Under the pieces are notes generated by a model. That model searched no databases and had not been told where the DNA came from. It was given only the letters and a program-made list of their open reading frames with translations. This document shows, in pieces, positions 58,627-64,000 of a stretch of DNA of 64,000 nt. Every line of letters begins with the position of its first letter. Positions within the stretch are counted from its first letter, which is position 1. The position numbers were made by a program, and so were the translations under genes. Source of the DNA: a virus; the IMG/VR virus record IMGVR_UViG_3300030616_000506, positions 32,001 through 96,000 of that record; one strand, written 5' to 3'.

Positions 58627-59196
58627 TTAGACCTTATTCCTATAAAGTTTCGGGTCTATAACATCCTTTGCTTTATCAATATCCAAATCTGGATAGTATA
58701 TCCTAAGTTCATTTAATTCACTTGGATAGTTACCATTATTAAATAGTCCTCTATGGGATATTAATATCAATTTTACATCGTCTCTTTTTCTCATTTCATC
58801 TAATATATTATTTCTAAGTTTAATTAACGCTAATCTTAAATCTTCTTTATCAGCTTCATACTCTTTGGAAGCCATTTTTAGTGTCGATTCAATTATTTCC
58901 TTTATATTTCTATCCATAAATATTACTTCATATTTACCCTTTGGTAGATATTTAAGACCATAAGCAGTTATTTTAATAAATTTACCTTTATATTTATCGA
59001 ATGGAAAATCCCCATTTTTTAGTTTATTTATTATTTTACCCTTCTCTAGTTCATAGTATCCTTTAGGATTATTCTTATCAGCTTCTCTAGAATCATCATA
59101 AGCTATCGGTAATCCTCCAGCTTTTAGTATTTGCATCATTAGACTAGTTCCAGATCTCTCTATACCAGATACGATATAGTTAGTCTTCTCGTTCAT
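58627..59196 (-). CDS. Sulfotransferase family protein
   Basis: IVSGIERSGTSLMMQIL, NPKGYYE, IDPKLYRN. Confidence 0.85.
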   Translation of the reverse strand: MNEKTNYIVSGIERSGTSLMMQILKAGGLPIAYDDSREADKNNPKGYYELEKGKIINKLKNGDFPFDKYKGKFIKITAYGLKYLPKGKYEVIFMDRNIKEIIESTLKMASKEYEADKEDLRLALIKLRNNILDEMRKRDDVKLILISHRGLFNNGNYPSELNELRIYYPDLDIDKAKDVIDPKLYRNKV

Positions 59197-59516
59197 ATCT
59201 TACTCACCATTAATTTATCTATATACTCTTGATATGTGATATTATTTAAATCCTCTAAATTATTTATAGCTTCTAAAGCTTCATATATATCTATTGTATA
59301 TTCTCCATCTTTAAATTTAATTTTAATATTTTCTCCACTGGATACGGGCTGTCCTAGTAATTTCAAATCTATGTTAGCGTAAGGATTATCCTCAGCACTC
59401 ATTTCTATATTGTATGCAGTCATCCCCCATAATTTAAATGCAAATTTAGATCCATTATCACCCATAGTTATAATCATGTAATCTCCGTTCATTTGAATTG
59501 ATCTGTCCTTCTTCAT
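59193..59516 (-). CDS. Hypothetical protein
   Basis: ORF with ATGA overlap; no motif recognised. Confidence 0.55.
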   Translation of the reverse strand: MKKDRSIQMNGDYMIITMGDNGSKFAFKLWGMTAYNIEMSAEDNPYANIDLKLLGQPVSSGENIKIKFKDGEYTIDIYEALEAINNLEDLNNITYQEYIDKLMVSKI

Positions 59517-59610
59517 AATCTTACCGCCATTATAGCTTCTCCATATTCATTTATATCCATATGTATAACTATTTGGAGAAGTAGTTGTAGTATAATATGC
59601 AGTAATACCT

Positions 59611-59967
59611 TTAATTTCTACCATACGAATCTTCTAACCTTACAATATCTTCCTCTTTACATTCTCCGATTTGTATTTCTACAAATATAAAGTCTTTATC
59701 ATCTGATAAATTTTCTGCTCGGTGAATCATTCCTCTCGGAATATCTATATTATATCCCTTACTACAATACACTTTATCTTCATCTCTTGTTATTATACCT
59801 TCTCCTTCTACCACTATCCAATATTCATCTCTCTTTCTATGAACTTGCTTACTGAGTCTCTGATTTGGTTTAATTACAATCCTCTTAACCTTATAATTAG
59901 GTTTTTCTAAGATTAGTGCGTATGATCCCCACGGTTTAAGAGTTATCTCTTCACAATATATTTCCAT
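59611..59967 (-). CDS. Cupin, mannose-6-phosphate isomerase type II C-terminal domain
   Basis: KPWGSY, VKRI, LS.Q.H..R.E.W, HR.EN, EIQ.G...EEDIVRLED.YGR. Confidence 0.92.
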   Translation of the reverse strand: MEIYCEEITLKPWGSYALILEKPNYKVKRIVIKPNQRLSKQVHRKRDEYWIVVEGEGIITRDEDKVYCSKGYNIDIPRGMIHRAENLSDDKDFIFVEIQIGECKEEDIVRLEDSYGRN

Positions 59968-59969
59968 AT

Positions 59970-60131
59970 TTATCTTCCAAATGTTATAATTAAAATTGCC
60001 ATTATTATCTTATCAACTATCCATAAAGCTATAAGCCATGAGGTTTTTTTATCTATAGATGCTGTATCCTCTACAATGTCATCAACATCAACTGATATTT
60101 CTTCTATTTGTCCATTTTCTAGTTTATTCAT
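59970..60131 (-). CDS. 53-aa single-TM protein (not in ORF track)
   Basis: MNKLENGQIEEISVDVDDIVEDTASIDKKTSWLIALWIVDKIIMAILIITFGR. Confidence 0.6.
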   Translation of the reverse strand: MNKLENGQIEEISVDVDDIVEDTASIDKKTSWLIALWIVDKIIMAILIITFGR

Positions 60132-60265
60132 ATTTCATACTCTTGTACTGGATAAGGTCCTAATATCATATCTCTCTCACAGAAACACATAGGACATCTT
60201 GGTGGTGCATAAGTCGGAACTGTGAAAAACTCTTCACATCTTTTACAATAATACTTATATTCCAT
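60128..60265 (-). CDS. 45-aa zinc-finger microprotein (not in ORF track)
   Basis: YYCKRCEEFF......PRCPMC; overlaps both neighbours. Confidence 0.7.
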   Translation of the reverse strand: MEYKYYCKRCEEFFTVPTYAPPRCPMCFCERDMILGPYPVQEYEI

Positions 60266-60570
60266 TAATATCTCTTCCTATGTAATTTAGGTCTCTTTAT
60301 ATTCTTAATCATTTTCTTATTTATTTCGTTCTCTATATCTATATCTAGATATCCACAAAGATCAAATAATCTTATAAAGGTATCAGCTATCTCTTCCTTA
60401 AAGTTATCCTTATCTCCAAGTCTATCTGCTTCACAAGCTTCTCCTAGCTCTGTAACTATAAGCATTAATTTAGTTGGTATATCATTAGATGCATTCCAAA
60501 ATCCTTTTTCCTTAGCTATTCTATGACATTCTATTACATAATCATTTATATCATACATTATTCCCACCAT
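60265..60570 (-). CDS. MazG-like nucleotide pyrophosphohydrolase (start probably 60558)
   Basis: EKGFW, LMLIVTELGEACEA, EEIADTFIRLFDL, K...N..RP..H.K.Y. Confidence 0.88.
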   Translation of the reverse strand: MVGIMYDINDYVIECHRIAKEKGFWNASNDIPTKLMLIVTELGEACEADRLGDKDNFKEEIADTFIRLFDLCGYLDIDIENEINKKMIKNIKRPKLHRKRY

Positions 60571-60725
60571 CTATTATTACAATGATTGCATTCAAATAAT
60601 CTTTCTTCAATTAATTTCCATATAACTCTATGTACCCATCTTCTTCTATATTTATTTAATTTCTTTATATTTCTAGATCCACACTCTGGGCACTTCTTTT
60701 TATAGAAATTCCATATCTTGCTCAT
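60558..60725 (-). CDS. 55-aa basic zinc-ribbon protein (not in ORF track)
   Basis: KKCPECGS......LFECNHCNNRWWE; TAATG overlaps at both ends. Confidence 0.72.
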   Translation of the reverse strand: MSKIWNFYKKKCPECGSRNIKKLNKYRRRWVHRVIWKLIEERLFECNHCNNRWWE

Positions 60726-60907
60726 TATTTCCAAGTTTCCTTATCTAGTTCTTCCTCTACCTCTGGATATCTCAATAATAATTCTGTGATTATAGCTTCT
60801 ATAGTTTCAAAGTTATCGTTGTCTTTCAGTATTTTATATTCATCTCTAACTAACTCTAATTCATATACTGCTCTTAATATATGTCTATCAATATCTATAT
60901 TACTCAT
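60725..60907 (-). CDS. Hypothetical protein (probable start 60907)
   Basis: AAGGAG upstream of MSNIDIDRH. Confidence 0.55.
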   Translation of the reverse strand: MSNIDIDRHILRAVYELELVRDEYKILKDNDNFETIEAIITELLLRYPEVEEELDKETWK

Positions 60908-61025
60908 TTTCTTTCTCCTTCCATTTACATCTTTTATTCTCTTCATCCCACCATATACAATCATTAAATGACTGACCACATTCTAATCCGTAGCCAGTCA
61001 CAAAACTAATATCACAAAGTGGCAC
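60900..61025 (-). CDS. 41-aa Cys-rich microprotein (GTG start, not in ORF track)
   Basis: MPLCDISFVTGYGLECGQSFNDCIWWDEENKRCKWKEKENE; AGGAGA upstream. Confidence 0.45.
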   Translation of the reverse strand: MPLCDISFVTGYGLECGQSFNDCIWWDEENKRCKWKEKENE

Positions 61026-61752
61026 TCATATCTCCTAAGCCCACTAAGCCATCTCTATCATGAGCTAACCACTTAATTAACTCATTTTTATTTGGATCAG
61101 AACTATTATACCAATAATTAATCCAATAATTATATTTAGCTACTGATGCACTTAGTGCCTGCTTAAAGGTATACCCATCACATAGGGCTTTCCATAATTC
61201 ATTTGATGATTCATAGAATCCCTTAGCATATTTATCATCGTATGGATCTCTCATTATGGATCCTTCTGTCAACCAAGTCCATGATATATTAAATCCAGCA
61301 TAAGATTTAGCTCCAGTAGCTATCATTGCTGGTCCAAGTAGATTTGCTGTTAAGCATGATAACAAATAAATAATTTTACCTTTTGTCTTAGCACATTCTA
61401 TTGATGTAAATATCGGTTTTTCATCATCACCTGTATATATACTGGGAGCTCCATGTCCAAAACCATGAATGCTAGCTGGTTTATATTTATCTATTAATTC
61501 ATATATCTTAGTCTTCTTAGCATCAGTTGCTCTTATGTCTATTATATCCCATTTATTCTTACTATCTGCATCGATAACTGAATGATACAAACCATTATAA
61601 CCATGAGTACAGTAATGACAATTTTTTGGTCTAATAAACATCATATTATTTTTCTCTGTATCATCTGGTTCTTTAGTCTTATTATACCACCAATATAAGA
61701 ATAATACTGCACCTACTATAACTGCTCCTATTAAGACTTCTATCCAACCCAT
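61012..61752 (-). CDS. Membrane-anchored clan CD (caspase/gingipain-fold) cysteine protease-like protein B
   Basis: N-terminal TM helix; HGFGHG and IYLLSC His-Cys dyad; GAKSYAGF; LVGLGD. Confidence 0.75.
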   Translation of the reverse strand: MGWIEVLIGAVIVGAVLFLYWWYNKTKEPDDTEKNNMMFIRPKNCHYCTHGYNGLYHSVIDADSKNKWDIIDIRATDAKKTKIYELIDKYKPASIHGFGHGAPSIYTGDDEKPIFTSIECAKTKGKIIYLLSCLTANLLGPAMIATGAKSYAGFNISWTWLTEGSIMRDPYDDKYAKGFYESSNELWKALCDGYTFKQALSASVAKYNYWINYWYNSSDPNKNELIKWLAHDRDGLVGLGDMSATL

Positions 61753-61762
61753 AGATATACCT

Positions 61763-61966
61763 CTATTGATTTTTTAATTTCTTGAGTTCATCTTGCAGTT
61801 TCTTCTCTGCCATCATGAATTCAATACCTTCATCGGTTTCATTTTCCACAGCTTCTAATATTTGTTCAGGAGTCCACTCTCTACCCATAGTATATACAGA
61901 TATAAGTTCTCCTTCATCATATTTCTTTTTTATATCTTCCTTCAATTTATTCCAGGATATTCTCAT
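61763..61966 (-). CDS. Small partner protein B (homolog of 62668-63006)
   Basis: W..L...I..KY.EG.L...G..WTPEQ..E.V.....G; AAGGAGG RBS. Confidence 0.7.
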   Translation of the reverse strand: MRISWNKLKEDIKKKYDEGELISVYTMGREWTPEQILEAVENETDEGIEFMMAEKKLQDELKKLKNQ

Positions 61967-61984
61967 TATATCCCTCCTTAAATC

Positions 61985-62671
61985 TTAATTTAAAACATTT
62001 ATGAATATATTTTCTACATCCGTAACTACTTCTTCATTATCATCCACTTCAATTAACTTTGCATTCATATTTCCTAAAAATACTAATGTATCCCTATTCC
62101 ATATTAGATGTGCAGGAGAGTACCCTTGTTGTATCAATTGATCTATACAATAATCATATTTATCCAACATTCTGTCCTTAGCCTCATCGAAAGTGTCTCC
62201 ATCCATTAGTGCTATCCACAACTCACACTCTGCATCTCTGTATTCCCATTTAGTTGATGCCCAGAATATGTCATTATGTCCACAGAATGCTACTCCTCCA
62301 TTATTAATTATATAACAACCTATTCCATTATCTGCTCCAGTGTGGCAAGATATAAAGTGAACTATTCTATCTGGACTTAAGATATCCATATGTCCTTGGT
62401 CACCACACCACCACACCATTTTAGTATCATGTCCACTTATAGTCCATTTACTTCCATGTCCTTCTTCCAGTATTCCTCTAGGATTAGTATCACTAACAGA
62501 TTGTCTTACATTAGGTCCAACTGCGTTCTCTTTAGTTATATTTATTATATCCCATAATCCTAAATTTTCTGCATAAGGTTTGACATAATATTGTATCCAA
62601 TCATGTATGTACTTACATGCATTGTCTTGATATGGACACACAAATGTCATCTTTGAATTATCACTATTCAT
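61985..62671 (-). CDS. Clan CD (caspase/gingipain-fold) cysteine protease-like protein A
   Basis: LEEGHG and VHFISC His-Cys dyad; GGVAFCGH; WNRDTLVFLGN; paralog of 61012-61752. Confidence 0.75.
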   Translation of the reverse strand: MNSDNSKMTFVCPYQDNACKYIHDWIQYYVKPYAENLGLWDIINITKENAVGPNVRQSVSDTNPRGILEEGHGSKWTISGHDTKMVWWCGDQGHMDILSPDRIVHFISCHTGADNGIGCYIINNGGVAFCGHNDIFWASTKWEYRDAECELWIALMDGDTFDEAKDRMLDKYDYCIDQLIQQGYSPAHLIWNRDTLVFLGNMNAKLIEVDDNEEVVTDVENIFINVLN

Positions 62672-63006
62672 ATATAATCCAATATATATTCTATAAAGTT
62701 ATTTTCTATACTTAGTAGTTTTATACCAAATCTACTCCTTTTTCTGATTTCTTCCATTTGTTGGTCAGGAGTAAAGGTACCTTCACTACAAGTTATATCC
62801 ATAAGTTTTCCATCTGCGTATCTCATTTCTAGTCTCAATGTTAATAAATCCCAGTTAGGTTCATGTGTTAACGGTAAATCTATATCTTCTTTATATAAAT
62901 CATTAGCTGAATAATATGTATCCTCTATTTTCAATATAGGATAATTATCTTCTTTCAATTTTCTTAAAATTTTCATAACTTCCTTATCTATCATGTCCAA
63001 CCTCAA
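62668..63006 (-). CDS. Small partner protein A
   Basis: W.LL..RL..RYADG.L...EGTFTPDQ..EEI......G; ATGA-coupled to protease A. Confidence 0.65.
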   Translation of the reverse strand: MRLDMIDKEVMKILRKLKEDNYPILKIEDTYYSANDLYKEDIDLPLTHEPNWDLLTLRLEMRYADGKLMDITCSEGTFTPDQQMEEIRKRSRFGIKLLSIENNFIEYILDYI

Positions 63007-63277
63007 TAGTATATGTAGTATTTTCTTCTATACCGTTCCATTCACTAGTTATATGTTCTCTATAACCCCAGAACCACCAATGTTTTAGATTATAAGAGCA
63101 ATCAACTACATCTCCTTTCTTTCTTATCCTAGAGATAATTTTATATTTTTTAAATGGCCATATTAAAAACCATTCTCTCCAGTATATATCAAAGGGAACT
63201 TTAGAGGCAACTTTCTTTGGTGCCTCTACTTTACTTATCCATATTATTGGCATATTAATCTTATTTAATATAACCAA
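62984..63277 (-). CDS. Small Ig-like beta protein, basic and Trp-rich
   Basis: VEAPKKVASKVPFDIYW...YTIEVG parallels 63261-63572. Confidence 0.5.
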   Translation of the reverse strand: MVILNKINMPIIWISKVEAPKKVASKVPFDIYWREWFLIWPFKKYKIISRIRKKGDVVDCSYNLKHWWFWGYREHITSEWNGIEENTTYTIEVGHDR

Positions 63278-63572
63278 CTTCTAATACAACTTCTAATGTT
63301 TCTGTTATACCAGTATTAAATGTAACTACTTTATTTACTGTTCCACCAGATGGTATTGTTTCTTCCCAATTATCATAAGTAGTATCGGTATCATAAAGTT
63401 TACCGAAACAAGTATCCGTTGCACCATTATTTGTACAATCATATGATATATCGAAGGATTCTCCTGATTCTACTTCAGTTGGATAAGTTAAATTATTAAT
63501 ACTACAATTAGCATGTTGTATTATTGATATTGAAATATTTTTTGTATCCGTTATTACTTCTACCATATTCAT
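63261..63572 (-). CDS. Ig-like (CARDB-type) domain protein
   Basis: LTYPTEVESGESFDISYDCTNNG...IPSGGT...VVLEVG. Confidence 0.65.
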   Translation of the reverse strand: MNMVEVITDTKNISISIIQHANCSINNLTYPTEVESGESFDISYDCTNNGATDTCFGKLYDTDTTYDNWEETIPSGGTVNKVVTFNTGITETLEVVLEVGYIK

Positions 63573-63615
63573 TACTCCTATTTATTTTTCTTTATTGACA
63601 TTTAAACTTTCTTAC

Positions 63616-63813
63616 TTACTCTCTTGTTAATGTTGCTCCACATTTAGGACATTTTCTAGTATTACATGGTTCTGCCCATGTATGTTCAGTTTTATATCCA
63701 CAAGATGGACATACACAGTTTCCACCTGGTCCACTTCCAGGTTTATCTCCTTGTGGATATCTACCTCTACCTGGTCTTTGGAATCTAGTTCCTCTACCTC
63801 TTCTTGGTCTCAT
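63616..63813 (-). CDS. Small Arg/Gly-rich, multi-Cys metal-binding protein
   Basis: GPGGNCVCPSCGY..EH....PC...KCPKCGA.LTRE, a pattern I recall from archaea and anaerobic bacteria; AAGGAG RBS. Confidence 0.75.
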   Translation of the reverse strand: MRPRRGRGTRFQRPGRGRYPQGDKPGSGPGGNCVCPSCGYKTEHTWAEPCNTRKCPKCGATLTRE

Positions 63814-63849
63814 ATTTATTCTCCTTAAGTTTTATACATTAAACATAAA

Positions 63850-64000
63850 TTAGTCTTTTCCTAATTTACAAATTCTTGCAAACCAATAGTGATAGTTATA
63901 ATATAGTAATGTATTAAATATATTCCATACTATAGATGAGCTTATAGCCCATTCCCATTTCCAAGTATTTGCTGTTATTCCATAGAAGAAATACCAAAAT
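63850..64000 (-). CDS. 3' end of a small membrane protein (DUF2061-like), 5' truncated
   Basis: ...FWYFFYGITANTWKWEWAISSSIVWNIFNTLLYYNYHYWFARICKLGKD-stop. Confidence 0.5.
   Translation of the reverse strand, partial: FWYFFYGITANTWKWEWAISSSIVWNIFNTLLYYNYHYWFARICKLGKD

Larger units (their letters stand above)
1..64000. mobile_element. Segment of a large tailed virus (Caudoviricetes) genome; host possibly archaeal
   Basis: Tape measure and tail genes, minimal class II RNR, glutaredoxin, MazG, free-standing homing endonuclease, dense short ORFs with TAATG/ATGA overlaps, no cellular housekeeping genes, similar composition in both arms. Confidence 0.88.

Noticed and set aside
59517-59624. Tiny ORF MVEIKGITAYYTTTTSPNSYTYGYK
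   Set aside because: 25 aa, no clear RBS or motif; cannot be supported
17017-61988. The many short + strand ORFs in the track, and 228-596 on the - strand
   Set aside because: Antisense shadows of well-supported genes, with Ile/Ser/Phe/Leu-rich composition and no motifs
16832-64000. Right arm as host chromosome (O-antigen/S-layer locus) beside an integrated provirus
   Set aside because: No integrase, tRNA or att-like repeat at the junction; no export or housekeeping genes; the arm carries viral-style RNR, MazG, homing endonuclease and microproteins with similar composition. Not fully excluded without reads.
1-64000. Stop-codon reassignment, tRNA or rRNA genes
   Set aside because: Standard code gives dense full-length genes ending in TAA, TGA and TAG; no cloverleaf or rRNA-like segment seen

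Overview
AT-rich window (GC roughly 27-30% by eye, not computed) that reads as part of a large tailed virus (Caudoviricetes). An anaerobic archaeal host is plausible but is inference only. The window has two convergent arms. (1) 1-16831, + strand: the tail module, comprising a 5'-truncated TP901-type tape measure protein, a hub/Tal-like protein with inserted beta-sandwich modules, three paralogous 'RWD' proteins, and fibre/adhesin genes joined by repeated junctions and translationally coupled mini-ORFs. (2) 17004-64000, - strand: a ~38.5 kb operon-like run of about 43 genes, mostly soluble glycan and phosphonate enzymes. It includes a cytidylyltransferase-PEP mutase fusion, a split phosphonopyruvate decarboxylase, an Fe-ADH, a nonulosonic-acid route (NeuA/B/C, Maf-like transferase, N-acyl tailoring), heptose enzymes, six radical SAM proteins, a split transketolase, glycosyl-, methyl- and sulfotransferases, and a LAGLIDADG endonuclease. 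Beyond it lie typical viral genes (Hsp20, glutaredoxin, minimal class II RNR, MazG, many Zn microproteins) and two tandem copies of a small partner + clan CD (caspase/gingipain-fold) protease pair. Top candidates for new biology: a virus-encoded phosphonate/nonulosonate glycan pathway with no export machinery, the duplicated partner-protease module, and an overprinted two-TM gene inside a glycosyltransferase. No rRNA, tRNA or CRISPR array was seen.
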